In this document: piece after piece, positions 44,282 through 54,252 of the stretch | Layout: every line of letters starts with the position of its first letter | Position numbering within the stretch: the stretch's first letter is position 1 | From: Oligoflexales bacterium | GTDB lineage: Bacteria; Bdellovibrionota_B; Oligoflexia; Oligoflexales; JAPPIL01 | NCBI GenBank assembly: GCA_965215515.1 | Contig: OZ244057.1 | Location: 672,001-736,000, forward strand | Direction of reading: 5' to 3' | DNA: 64,000 nt | Made by a program: the position numbers and the translations under genes | The notes under the pieces: generated by a model | The model's input: only the letters and a program-made list of their open reading frames with translations | Told to the model about the DNA's origin: nothing | Databases searched by the model: none

Positions 44282-44782
44282 TCAGCTCCCCCCTCCGCGG
44301 CGCAAGACCACACACTCACGCCAGACTCCTTCGCCCAGGATACTCAGGATACGCCGTTGCTCAGCCAACATAACCGCCTCTTCCTGCGGTTGCTGATGGT
44401 CGTAGCCGCACAGGTGCAGAATACCATGCACCAGCAAGAAGCATACCTCTCGCCCCAAACTCTGTCCGAGACGCGCCGCACTCTCGGCAGCCACAGCCAC
44501 ACAGATAACCACATCGCCGAGCACGTGTCCAAAAGGATGCCCTTGCCGCACACCTGCACGGAGATACAGCGGAAAAGCTAAAACGTCGGTAGGTCTGTCT
44601 ATACCACGAAATTCTTTATTCAGTTCCCTGATTCTTCCCAGACTAACAAAACTCACCCCCAATGCAAAGCGTTTAAAACGCAGCTGAGCACAGGTTATGC
44701 TAGCTATCTGCTTAATTTTACCGTGACATATTTTATATTTGCGTATCCCACAAAAAACGGTTGTCTGTCCGTCGCGGTGCAA
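44282..44782 (-). CDS. ybeY: rRNA maturation endoribonuclease YbeY
   Basis: LNKEFRGIDRPTDVLAF, LGDVVI, VHGILHLCGYDH; GAGGAG before TTG start. Confidence 0.95.
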   Translation of the reverse strand: MHRDGQTTVFCGIRKYKICHGKIKQIASITCAQLRFKRFALGVSFVSLGRIRELNKEFRGIDRPTDVLAFPLYLRAGVRQGHPFGHVLGDVVICVAVAAESAARLGQSLGREVCFLLVHGILHLCGYDHQQPQEEAVMLAEQRRILSILGEGVWRECVVLRRGGGS

Positions 44783-45578
44783 GTTGTTGTTGTCTCCTCT
44801 GTTGTTTATTTATCCGCGGGGGTGTCGTCTCGCCCTTTCGCACCAGCGCGTGGGTGTGTCCCCTCATCAGCATGTGCTTGTTATTTATCAACACCCCGCG
44901 GTAAATTTTCCTGTGGGCAGCGAGAAAACGCTGCTCGAACGCGCTGGTTAATTCCCGCGGCACGGTGTCTGCGCAGCAAAAACCATGCACCAGCAACGCT
45001 TGTGTTGCCTGTGCAAAATAGCTCTCATCGTCGGTCTTCAGCCACACAAAACCTCGGTCTTTGAGCCGCCCTGCCAATTGGGCGCAATAAGTAGTCGATA
45101 GTAAGCGTTTTTTCCTCTGACGTGCCTTCACCCACGGATCGGGGAAAAAACAGATAACCCCGTCGAGCTCGTCATCGCCGAACAAGGTGGCAAGATCGCG
45201 GGCATCGCTCAACACACTTACCGCGTTACACAATCCCCGCGCCTGAATTGCCTGTGCGCTCAACACCACGCGCTTGAAGGTAAGGTCGATACCAACACAA
45301 GCGGTTTGCGGGTAACGTTGTGCCACTTCGACCAGGTTGCGGCCGCGATAGCATCCTATCTCCACCAACAGTGCTCGTTGCACCTGCATACCTGCTGCGG
45401 CAAAGTAGGTGCGCCAACAAGCCGCAGCCCGCCGCAACTGTCGACCATGCAGCAGCGGGAGTTGTTGTGTGTGGCGCAACAACTGCAGGTAAGGGTTGAT
45501 GGCACTGCTTAAGTTACGAGTGCGATCACGGAAAGGGTCGGCATAATCGGTCGAGTTTCGCGACATAGACACAACCAA
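44733..45578 (-). CDS. trmB: tRNA (guanine-N7)-methyltransferase
   Basis: VEIGCYRG, FFPDPWVK, KTDDESY, TSAFEQRF. Confidence 0.88.
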   Translation of the reverse strand: MVVSMSRNSTDYADPFRDRTRNLSSAINPYLQLLRHTQQLPLLHGRQLRRAAACWRTYFAAAGMQVQRALLVEIGCYRGRNLVEVAQRYPQTACVGIDLTFKRVVLSAQAIQARGLCNAVSVLSDARDLATLFGDDELDGVICFFPDPWVKARQRKKRLLSTTYCAQLAGRLKDRGFVWLKTDDESYFAQATQALLVHGFCCADTVPRELTSAFEQRFLAAHRKIYRGVLINNKHMLMRGHTHALVRKGETTPPRINKQQRRQQQLAPRRTDNRFLWDTQI

Positions 45579-45581
45579 TCA

Positions 45582-45971
45582 GTTGAGTTCGGCTGTAAGC
45601 CGGATTCTGTTCTGCCTTAGCAGGCAGCGGCTGCCATTAATCTGGGACGTGTGTCACCACCCGCCTCCTGCGACCTACCCGAAAGCTCGGCCGGACAAGC
45701 CCTTGCCACCTCAAGAGACACTGACAAGATGGCACTTTCTGTTTGGTCTTGCTTCAGATGGGGTTTACCAGACGGGTATGTCGCCATCCCGCCAGTGCGC
45801 TCTTACCGCACTATTTCACCCTTACCTTGCCACCAGGTGGCAAGGCGGTATCTTTTCTGTTGCACTCGCCATCGGGTCACCCCGCCTAGCCGTTAGCTAG
45901 CATCCCGTCCTGTGAAGTCCGGACTTTCCTCCCCGTACGCATCCACGGAGCGACAGCCCACCGAACTCAAC
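45582..45971 (-). ncRNA. rnpB: RNase P RNA (bacterial type A)
   Basis: Minus strand has GAGGAAAGTCCGG, AGTGCAACAGAAA, GGTGAAA, GGTAAACCCC and ACAGAATCCGGCTTA; terminal P1 GTTGAGTTCGG/CCGAACTCAAC. Confidence 0.97.
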
Positions 45972-46104
45972 CGCCCCACCGCGTAACACAAAAGTGCGGT
46001 CTCAACAAGAGATGTTTTTTGTTGCTTCCCAGTTCCTGCAACAGAATGTCACTACTGAAGTTTCAACCATAATCAGACTTAGACAACGAAAGCCGCGTCT
46101 ACGA

Positions 46105-46923
46105 TTACCGATTAGCAGTACCGTAATCCTTTAGTCGGTATCCTGGAGGGGTGACTAAACGGAAGGTATTGTCGATAGCCTTCACCACCAACAATCCACG
46201 ATCGTGTGCATAGCGGATAAGATCATCCTCATCGCCCTTGCGGGGCACTTGTACAAAGGCGATCACGCCGTAGATTTTCTTGTGTGCATGATGCTCCGGA
46301 AAGTAGAGATGAAAACAACTGAGGTTGCCGTTAACAAACTTGTCGATGTCATCGGCGGTGAGGGTAAGCTTCACCTCTCCGATTATCACGACATCATCGT
46401 TGGTAGCGAATGCATCTACTTCCCAATGCCTGCCCTGATATTTACCGTTGAGACCACGAATTGAACGCTCGATGACGATACCAAAATGCTGTCTGACAAT
46501 GTTGAGAAAATCACCCACCACCAGATACTCAGCAATGTCGCCACACCGATTGCTAACCCCACCGATCTGCTTGCCCAGTTCTCGCACATACCGACCCGTA
46601 GCCTGCAATTCCTCCCTAGTAACTTGCAACTGCCTGTTGGCAGCCTCTTGGCGTTTATCGGCAGCCTCTTGGCGTTTATCGGCAGCCTCTTGGCGTTTAT
46701 CGGCAGCCTCTTGGCGTTCTCGCGCGGCAGCATTGTCCGCTTCGCGCTCCGCGACAATAAAATCAAGCCGTTCACCCACACGCACGAGAAGTTTATCGAT
46801 GTCGCTAAAACGCTCACCGACACGAGCCAGCAGTTGCATAAGCTCAGCAACCGTCGGGATCTCGCTACCGTCGCCCTTCTCAGCCACCACCGTACCCACA
46901 GCTAAACGATTACCAAAACGCAT
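46105..46923 (-). CDS. Coiled-coil repeat protein with C-terminal PD-(D/E)XK nuclease-like domain (DUF3782-like); true start may be a GTG near 46890
   Basis: QEAADKR repeats; LGKQIGGVSNRCGDIAE...WEVDAFA...IGEVKLTL. Confidence 0.78.
   Translation of the reverse strand: MRFGNRLAVGTVVAEKGDGSEIPTVAELMQLLARVGERFSDIDKLLVRVGERLDFIVAEREADNAAARERQEAADKRQEAADKRQEAADKRQEAANRQLQVTREELQATGRYVRELGKQIGGVSNRCGDIAEYLVVGDFLNIVRQHFGIVIERSIRGLNGKYQGRHWEVDAFATNDDVVIIGEVKLTLTADDIDKFVNGNLSCFHLYFPEHHAHKKIYGVIAFVQVPRKGDEDDLIRYAHDRGLLVVKAIDNTFRLVTPPGYRLKDYGTANR
46639..46718 (-). repeat. 21-bp in-frame tandem repeat, about 3.8 copies
   Basis: Plus-strand unit GGCAGCCTCTTGGCGTTTATC, perfect copies. Confidence 0.97.
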
Positions 46924-46926
46924 CCC

Positions 46927-46955
46927 ACCCTACAAGAAGACGGCCCTTCCGTCAA
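46927..46955 (-). promoter_or_regulatory. Sigma70-type promoter
   Basis: Minus strand TTGACG-17 nt-TAGGGT; the same -10 variant occurs at 14017. Confidence 0.45.
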
Positions 46956-47073
46956 GCGAGAGGGGACTAACATCCCGTTTTTTACTTTCCCATAACACTA
47001 CAACTTGAAGATTAAGAAGGAGTATAGCAGTGCCTGGCTGGCTGGTCAATAGATAAATTTAATTTTTGTGCAT

Positions 47074-49212
47074 TTATGCGAAAAATTTCGTGCCCTGTTC
47101 GGCCATGGTAACCAAGCCTGGAGCGGGAGCGAAGCGTTGACCATACTTGTTTTGCAGAGTACGCAAATTTTGCACAATCGCTTTGCAGCCCACGTGGTCA
47201 ACATACTTGAAGGGGCCGCCCCAGAAAGGAGGGAAACCGAGACCGAACACTGCACCGACATCGCCGTCACGCGGGGCGGCGATGATGCGGGCATCGAGAC
47301 ATTTGACCGCCTCGTTGACGAACGACAACAGACAACGATCGACAATAGTATCGTGAGGCAACACATGTCGTTTTTTGTCGATCGCAAGCAGTTTGTAGAT
47401 GTTGTCATCAGCGGCAAGCTTTTTGCCCTCCCGATATTGAAAAAAACCCTTGCCAGACTTGCGTCCCAAGTAGCCTTGAGCAGGCAAGGCTTCGAGACGG
47501 GGCAGTGCATCCATTAGCTTGTGGCGAGCCAAGGTGTCTAACACATGTAGACCGATATCGATCCCGACCTCGTCCACCAAAGTGATAGGCCCGACGGGAA
47601 AACCAAACTCCGTCAACGCCTTGTCAATCTCATCGATCGGACAGCCCTCCAGCAAGATACGCAGTGCTTCAGCCAGCAAAAACGCCAACACCCTCGTCGT
47701 GTAAAAACCAGGCTGATCCTGCACGATAATGACCTGTTTACCGAGAGCATGCCCGCAATCAACCGCACGACTGATCGCCCACGGGGCGGTTTTAGCGGTG
47801 ACAACAATCTCCAGCAACGGCATCTTCTCCACGGGGGAGAAAAAGTGCATGCCCAGCACACGCTCAGGACGCTTGGCCTGTGCAGCAATGTCCGCAATCG
47901 ACAACGCCGAAGTGTTAGAAGCGAAAATCACCTCGTCGGGCAGCCGTTCCTCGCAGGTTTGCAAAATCTGCCGCTTGAGGGCGAGATCCTCGTAAACCGC
48001 CTCAATGACGAGCTGGCAAGTATTAAACCCAGCAACGGTTGTGCCTGGCGTAATCATCGCCATCCTCCGCGTCCGCTGAAACTTTTTCAGCCGCCGCCGT
48101 CGCACCTTTTGAACAAAATAAGCATCGGCATGTCTGAGCAACCTGCCGACCGCCTCGGGGCTGGGATCGGAGATGAGGACGCTGAAGTCGCGATCTGCCG
48201 CCAACGTCGCTAACCCCGTGCCCATGAAACCAGCCCCGATAACACCCAAACGCTCGATTTTAGCCTCGCCATACTTGGCCTTGCCCTCTTTGCGGAAATT
48301 ATTTTTCTTCAACACCGTCGTCGCATGAAACAAATGCATCAAACTCTTACACTCACGCGTGCCGACCAACTGACTGAACAACTGTGCCTCCAAGTCCAGC
48401 CCTTTGTCGAGAGGTAGCTCAATACCCTCAAACACCGCCTCCAACGCTTTATATGCCGCGGGATAAAAGCAGCGTGTCTCACGCGTTACCGCCTCGCGTG
48501 CCTTACGTGCCATGAGCTTGCGGCCGAGCGCATTCCTCTCCAACGCAATCTCTGGTAGCAGCCGCTTGATGTTTCTGCTCTTCCTGCTGACGACAGACGC
48601 TTTTTTTTGTTGTGCATAATCACAGGCAATTTGAGTCAACATCGTCTGGGGAACGACAGCATCGACCAGGCCGACTTTAACAGCCTTGGTGGCGGGATAA
48701 CTACGCCCCGTCAACACCAAGTCGAGCGCAGCACCGATGCCGATCAAACGCGGCAAACGTTGCGTGCCACCTGCCCCAGGAATAAGTCCGAGTTTGATTT
48801 CGGGGGCGGAGAACTTGGTAATATCAGCATCGCTGGCGAGACGATAGGTGCAACACAAGATAAGTTCGAGACCACCGCCAAGACAAGGGCCGTGGACGGC
48901 GGCGACGCTGGGAATCTTCAGCCGTGAGAACTTGCGCAAAATTCCCTCAAACTCACGACACTTGTCCCGTGCCTGCGCAGGGGAACTGAGCGCCTCGATC
49001 TCATTGACATCCGCACCGACGATGAACTGATCTTCCCTGCCGCTGCGAAACACCAAGCCACGGTACTCGTCGTGCGCAGCCACCTCATCGAGCAGAGCGG
49101 CGAGCTCCTTGAGCACCTCGGCGGCCAAGATGTTCATCTTAGCGCTAGAGTCAAACGTCACCACCGCGACACTAGCGTCAGTAACAGTGAGGTGGAAATT
49201 TTTCTTGGCCAT
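47074..49212 (-). CDS. fadJ: Fatty acid oxidation complex alpha subunit (enoyl-CoA hydratase / 3-hydroxyacyl-CoA dehydrogenase)
   Basis: FIVGADV, CLGGGLEL, PGAGGTQRLPRLIG, GAGFMG, ASNTS, GMHFFSPVEKMPLLE, FGLGFPPFWGGP. Confidence 0.93.
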   Translation of the reverse strand: MAKKNFHLTVTDASVAVVTFDSSAKMNILAAEVLKELAALLDEVAAHDEYRGLVFRSGREDQFIVGADVNEIEALSSPAQARDKCREFEGILRKFSRLKIPSVAAVHGPCLGGGLELILCCTYRLASDADITKFSAPEIKLGLIPGAGGTQRLPRLIGIGAALDLVLTGRSYPATKAVKVGLVDAVVPQTMLTQIACDYAQQKKASVVSRKSRNIKRLLPEIALERNALGRKLMARKAREAVTRETRCFYPAAYKALEAVFEGIELPLDKGLDLEAQLFSQLVGTRECKSLMHLFHATTVLKKNNFRKEGKAKYGEAKIERLGVIGAGFMGTGLATLAADRDFSVLISDPSPEAVGRLLRHADAYFVQKVRRRRLKKFQRTRRMAMITPGTTVAGFNTCQLVIEAVYEDLALKRQILQTCEERLPDEVIFASNTSALSIADIAAQAKRPERVLGMHFFSPVEKMPLLEIVVTAKTAPWAISRAVDCGHALGKQVIIVQDQPGFYTTRVLAFLLAEALRILLEGCPIDEIDKALTEFGFPVGPITLVDEVGIDIGLHVLDTLARHKLMDALPRLEALPAQGYLGRKSGKGFFQYREGKKLAADDNIYKLLAIDKKRHVLPHDTIVDRCLLSFVNEAVKCLDARIIAAPRDGDVGAVFGLGFPPFWGGPFKYVDHVGCKAIVQNLRTLQNKYGQRFAPAPGLVTMAEQGTKFFA

Positions 49213-49221
49213 GCGCTGTTC

Positions 49222-50598
49222 CTAGGTCAGTCTCTCGATTAACATCGCACCCCCCATACCGCCAGCCGCACAGATGGCAACAAGACCGAGAGTCTTATCG
49301 CGGCGCTGCAGTTCGTTGCTCAACGTGATGACCAACCGCGCTCCGCTCGCCCCAAACGGATGCCCGATAGCTATCGCCCCGCCGTTGACATTCAGCTTGT
49401 CGGCAGGGATTTCCCCACACGGCTTGCTGTTACCGAGATGCTCGGCCGCAAAATCAGCCGAGGCAAGGGCACGCTGACAACTCAAAACCTGGGCGGCAAA
49501 GGCTTCGTGTATCTCGACAAGATCGATGTCCTTAAGCACTAGCTTGTTGCGGCGCAAAATTTGAGGGATGACCACCGCAGGGCCGATCAACAACTGCCGA
49601 TACGGATCGACACCGACGAACAAGAAATCGAGAATCTTGGCACGAGCGACAAGACCGAGGTCGTGAACACGGCGAGCATCGGCAATCATAGTCACCGCCG
49701 CCCCATCCGTCAAAGGCGACGACGAGCCTGCCGTGATCGAGCCATAGCGACGATCGAAGACGGGACGCAAACGCTGCAGAGAAGCTAAATCAGCATCGTC
49801 ACGGATGATATTGTCAGCTGTAATCACCTTGCTATAATCGCTTCCCGCCCAGATAGGACAGGTCTCGGCATCGAACTTACCAGCCTTGCGTGCCGCACTG
49901 GCTCTCCGATGTGAGGCAAGGGCGTATTCGTCCTGCTCGGCACGGGCAATACCGTTCAACTTCGCCATCTGCTCGGCGTGCTCACCCATCGTGAAACCAG
50001 TCAGCGGCTCAAGCAACGAGGGTGGTCGAGGAATCCAGTCTCGAGGCGACAGTTGACTCAACAGTCTGAGACGAGCGACGTTACCGCGGGCACGGCTGAT
50101 TTTAACCAAAAACTCAGTGGCTTTCTCCGAATACACGACGGGCACATTGCTCAACATCTCCACCCCACCTGCCAACACAACCAGCGGCTGGCCACTGCCG
50201 ATAGTGGCCGCGGCAGTGGCAATGGTGTGCAGACTGCTGGTACAGGCACGGTTGGTGGTCGAGCCGTGGATACGGTGCGGGAGATTGAGGTTGATCACCG
50301 CATCCCTCGCTACGTTGGGGTTTTTGGGCTGCGGGACAACAACACCCGCGGCGATTTCGTCGACCGCATGCGGGTCGATACCCGTCTTGCGCAACAGCGC
50401 GGCCACCGTGCGGCTGAATAACCCCAAACAATCGATGCCATCGTACGCACCGAACGACTTAACGAACGGCGAACGCACGCCCTCGACGAAAACGGGAACA
50501 CCCGCCTTGCCAGCAGACCTGCTGTTTTTCAATTTACCTGCACTCATGGGGGCGAGATCATACCTGAGTTGACAGGTGCTGGCAACGCTTTTATGCAC
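49222..50598 (-). CDS. fadI: 3-ketoacyl-CoA thiolase
   Basis: [40 protein letters not shown]. Confidence 0.93.
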   Translation of the reverse strand: MHKSVASTCQLRYDLAPMSAGKLKNSRSAGKAGVPVFVEGVRSPFVKSFGAYDGIDCLGLFSRTVAALLRKTGIDPHAVDEIAAGVVVPQPKNPNVARDAVINLNLPHRIHGSTTNRACTSSLHTIATAAATIGSGQPLVVLAGGVEMLSNVPVVYSEKATEFLVKISRARGNVARLRLLSQLSPRDWIPRPPSLLEPLTGFTMGEHAEQMAKLNGIARAEQDEYALASHRRASAARKAGKFDAETCPIWAGSDYSKVITADNIIRDDADLASLQRLRPVFDRRYGSITAGSSSPLTDGAAVTMIADARRVHDLGLVARAKILDFLFVGVDPYRQLLIGPAVVIPQILRRNKLVLKDIDLVEIHEAFAAQVLSCQRALASADFAAEHLGNSKPCGEIPADKLNVNGGAIAIGHPFGASGARLVITLSNELQRRDKTLGLVAICAAGGMGGAMLIERLT

Positions 50599-50639
50599 GT
50601 CGCTCCCCTAACTCACGACAATAGGATAGACATGCATTT

Positions 50640-51848
50640 TTACTTCCGCAACAGCGGGTCGCTGATGGCGAGCAGAGGGAAATAACGACCGAAGGAGACC
50701 ACACACGCCATGAACAACCCGACAAAACCGAGAAACACACCGAATTCAAGCACGGGCAATTGCCAGGTGTGCCCACGGTCGAGCTGGGGAGCAACGACGA
50801 TGATCTGCGTCACCCACTGCGCGATAATAACCATCACACAGACAGGGATAGTCACCAACGGTGTCCACTTGCTCGCCTTAGGTAGCAAAGCAAACATGGG
50901 AACGACAAAATTAAACAAAGGGGCAAGAATCACCAGCGTCAACCACGGTTGTTGCAAACGATGGATAAAATATTCCGCCTCCTCAGGCACGTTTCCATAC
51001 CAGTAAGTCAACACATGCGCATAGGTAAGGTAAGCAAAAAAAATCGTAAACCCAAACAACAGCTTACCGACATCGTGAAACTGCTTGATCCCATAATGCT
51101 GCCCAACCGCACTGCTCTGCATACCGAACATAAATAACAACAGGAAAGCAAACAAGGTCTGCATCATGATCGCAAAGTTCCAACCACCCCACAAGGTTGA
51201 AAACCACTTGGGGGCAAGCGACATCGTGATGTCAAAACAAATAAACGTAAAGCACAAAGCATACACCACCAATAGCGGCGCTGACCAGTAACGCAGCTTA
51301 TCCCGAGCCAACTCCGCTAACTGCCGCGCCTCTCGCTCTTTGCCCGCTAACAACAGCCGATCGGCCTGCAGCCCCCGCCGCAACTGCCACCACGCCAAAT
51401 AAACGATAACCAGCAACAAAAATAACACCCGCAGTAACATAAAATCTTCCACTAACCACGAGCGCTTGCCCACATAATGATGCAACAAATCATGGTCGGC
51501 AATCCAGCTGTAAACCTTATCCGCCTCGGCAACACCCAGCTTAATGCACATAAAAAACAAAGCGAACAACAACACCGCGACAGGCAAAAACGCCCCGAAC
51601 GCCTCATGCAGCCGCTTAATCGGCCGCCCCCAACGCGCCCCTAACACATCCTGCATGCCACCAAAAGCAACACCACCCAATGCTACCGTGAAGAAAAAAA
51701 ACAAACTCAACAAAAAACTGCCCCACGCCCGTAACGGCGCAGACAAGAAAGCATATATCAACGTCACAGCACCGACCAGCAGACAGAAAGCTATCGCCCC
51801 CCGCAACAACGGCGAAGCACGTAACAGAAATTTTTCGCTATCGTGCAC
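50640..51848 (-). CDS. actF: Alternative complex III subunit F (NrfD-like membrane protein)
   Basis: About 10 TM helices, MSLAPKWFSTLWG, HDVGKLLFGF, WYGNVPEE; operon position. Confidence 0.88.
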   Translation of the reverse strand: MHDSEKFLLRASPLLRGAIAFCLLVGAVTLIYAFLSAPLRAWGSFLLSLFFFFTVALGGVAFGGMQDVLGARWGRPIKRLHEAFGAFLPVAVLLFALFFMCIKLGVAEADKVYSWIADHDLLHHYVGKRSWLVEDFMLLRVLFLLLVIVYLAWWQLRRGLQADRLLLAGKEREARQLAELARDKLRYWSAPLLVVYALCFTFICFDITMSLAPKWFSTLWGGWNFAIMMQTLFAFLLLFMFGMQSSAVGQHYGIKQFHDVGKLLFGFTIFFAYLTYAHVLTYWYGNVPEEAEYFIHRLQQPWLTLVILAPLFNFVVPMFALLPKASKWTPLVTIPVCVMVIIAQWVTQIIVVAPQLDRGHTWQLPVLEFGVFLGFVGLFMACVVSFGRYFPLLAISDPLLRK

Positions 51849-52377
51849 CGCTCACCCCCTGCAAATCACGCAGATAATAGACGATCTGCCACCGTTCCGC
51901 CACACCGAGAGCATGCCCATAACCTGGCATAATCGCCGTGCCAAAGGTGATACGATGCCATAAAAAACCATCCGTGCGCTCTCTATACACAGGCAACGAA
52001 ATATCAGGCGGTTGCGGAAAACCATGCCCTATCGTGCCATCGCCTTTACCCCGCGCCCCATGGCACACCTGACAAAACGTGCCATAAAGTCGCTCGCCCT
52101 GTGCGGCATCCTTCGTCACCGCCGCGGCTCGAGTGCTAGCCTCGGCAGTCTGTGCGTAGAACACCGCCTCCTGTGCCACACTGTGCAGAGGTGGGTCGAG
52201 ATAGTCCTCCTGCGCCTTCACCGTCGGGTTATCAGCCATGTCAGGCATGTACTGCAACTTGGTGACCGCGGGATCGAGACAAGCAGTATTGAGCAGCAAA
52301 ACAAACAGAATACCGCGCCGCACCTCCGTCTGCTCCGCAACCGCAGACCAGCAGCGGAGCGGGGAACATAATGTCAT
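51838..52377 (-). CDS. actE: Alternative complex III subunit E, monoheme cytochrome c
   Basis: Lipobox-like NTAC, YMPDM, CQVCH, MPGYG...ERWQIVYY. Confidence 0.85.
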   Translation of the reverse strand: MTLCSPLRCWSAVAEQTEVRRGILFVLLLNTACLDPAVTKLQYMPDMADNPTVKAQEDYLDPPLHSVAQEAVFYAQTAEASTRAAAVTKDAAQGERLYGTFCQVCHGARGKGDGTIGHGFPQPPDISLPVYRERTDGFLWHRITFGTAIMPGYGHALGVAERWQIVYYLRDLQGVSGAR

Positions 52378-52907
52378 CGGTACACCCGCACTTCTCCGCC
52401 CTTCTCCCGCAACAACTGTGCCACCTCGCCGTCCTCGGTCGCACCGTACACAAAAATACCAAAACGATCGTCCGTCGTCGCCTCGCTATAAATCTGTCCC
52501 TGCAGATCAGGTATTTTGCCCAGCCACAACATCCCGATAATCGTGGCGATCGCACCTAACAAAATCGTCATTTCAAACCCAATCACCACATAGGCAGGCA
52601 ATGAATACACACCCGCAGTCTTGCCGCCCACCACCAGCGGCCAATCGTAATCAGTCAACAGACACAGAGCAAAACCCAAAGTTACCCCCAATAACGCCCC
52701 CGTCAAGGTGAACCACCGCACCCCGCTAGGCTTATAGCCTAACGCCACCTCCAACTCATGATAATAAGTCGGAGTGAAGACATCGAAACACGGCTCAGCA
52801 CGATCCGCCCGCAGCCGCGCGATAACCGCGAGGGTATCGTCGAGATAAGTGAACAAGGCATAGAGACCACGGCGCGGCGGCTTTTCTCGACTAAGCCTAG
52901 CTGGCAT
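52374..52907 (-). CDS. actD: Alternative complex III subunit D (DUF3341)
   Basis: DWPLVVGGK, FEMTIL, TDDRFGI. Confidence 0.88.
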   Translation of the reverse strand: MPARLSREKPPRRGLYALFTYLDDTLAVIARLRADRAEPCFDVFTPTYYHELEVALGYKPSGVRWFTLTGALLGVTLGFALCLLTDYDWPLVVGGKTAGVYSLPAYVVIGFEMTILLGAIATIIGMLWLGKIPDLQGQIYSEATTDDRFGIFVYGATEDGEVAQLLREKGGEVRVYR

Positions 52908-54252
52908 CTGTGTCTCCCGACTTGCCGCGCCAGGGTGGGGGCATGATCAGCTTCAATTCCGATAACGACACGATAGGAAAGTAACGACAGAAAATTAAAA
53001 ACCAAAAGAAAAACCAGCCAAAACTGCCCAGAGTAATAATTATCTCAGTCCACGATGGCTGGTAATGCCCCCACGAACCAGGAATGAAATCCTCGACAAG
53101 GCTGGAGACAATGATGTTGTAACGTTCAAACCACATACCGACGTTAATCAGCAAACAAATAACAAATGCAGTCGGTACATGGGCTCGAGCGCGCTTCGCC
53201 CACAAGGCCAGCGGAAAAATACAATTACACAACACCATTACCCAAAAATAAAACGCATACGGCCCCTGCAAACGCTTAGCGAAAATTTCCTGTTCGTAGA
53301 TGTTCCCGCTATACCAGGCGATAAAAAATTCTATGGCATACGCATAAAAAACAATCGTGGAAGTTAACAGAGTAAGCTTCAGCAGGGCATCGAGATGGCT
53401 GACACGAATAAACTCTTGCAAGTTAAACATCCAGCGCACAGGGACAAGCAAGGTATAAACCATAGCACAACCCGACAGGATAGCCCCCGCGACAAAGTAG
53501 GGCGGAAAGATCGTCGTATGCCAGCCTGGCTGAATGGACATGGCAAAATCCCACGACACTACACTGTGCACCGACAGCACCAGCGGCGTGGCCAGAGCCG
53601 CAAGGAAGCCATAGCCCGTCTCGTAATGATGCCACTGCCGTGCCGTGCCTCGCCAGCCAAACGACAACAGCCCGTAGACGAGCCGCTTGAAGCCGCGGAC
53701 ACGATCGCGCAACGAAGCTAAATCAGGCACCATGCCCATGTACCAGAACAACAGCGAGACGATAAGATACGTAGAAATGGCGAAGACATCCCAGATCAAC
53801 GGCGAGCGAAAATTAATCCAGAGATTGTTAGTGTTAGGTAACGGCAACATCCAGTAGGCCGCCACCCACACTCGTCCGACATGAATGAGCGGGAACAAAC
53901 CCGCGCACATCACGGCAAAAATCGTCATCGCTTCAGCACTGCGGTTAACACTGTTACGCCACCGCGCACGGAACAAAAACAAAATCGCCGAAATCAGCGT
54001 CCCCGCATGCCCAATCCCAACCCAGAAAACAAAGTTGGTGATATACACACCCCAGTAAACAGGACTGTTCAAGCCTGCTAAGCCGATACCGTAAATAATC
54101 TGCAACGCCCAGAACAACACCCCTAACCCTACACAGGCAAGCGCACAGAACAGCGCTACGTAAAAAACGGGGTGCGGACGCTTGGTATTGACAAGAATAC
54201 CGTCGTTGACATCCGAGACGGTGCGTTTCCAGTCCGCCTCAGCCGTGCTCAT
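52897..54252 (-). CDS. actC: Alternative complex III subunit C (NrfD/PsrC quinol-binding subunit)
   Basis: NFVFWVGIGHAGTLISAIL, INFRSPLIWDVFAISTY, LVLSVHSVVSWDFA, WHTTIFPPYFVAGA. Confidence 0.95.
   Translation of the reverse strand: MSTAEADWKRTVSDVNDGILVNTKRPHPVFYVALFCALACVGLGVLFWALQIIYGIGLAGLNSPVYWGVYITNFVFWVGIGHAGTLISAILFLFRARWRNSVNRSAEAMTIFAVMCAGLFPLIHVGRVWVAAYWMLPLPNTNNLWINFRSPLIWDVFAISTYLIVSLLFWYMGMVPDLASLRDRVRGFKRLVYGLLSFGWRGTARQWHHYETGYGFLAALATPLVLSVHSVVSWDFAMSIQPGWHTTIFPPYFVAGAILSGCAMVYTLLVPVRWMFNLQEFIRVSHLDALLKLTLLTSTIVFYAYAIEFFIAWYSGNIYEQEIFAKRLQGPYAFYFWVMVLCNCIFPLALWAKRARAHVPTAFVICLLINVGMWFERYNIIVSSLVEDFIPGSWGHYQPSWTEIIITLGSFGWFFFWFLIFCRYFPIVSLSELKLIMPPPWRGKSGDTDAS

Noticed and set aside
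45583..45900. Plus-strand ORFs at 45583 and 45651
   Set aside because: Antisense to the RNase P RNA gene.
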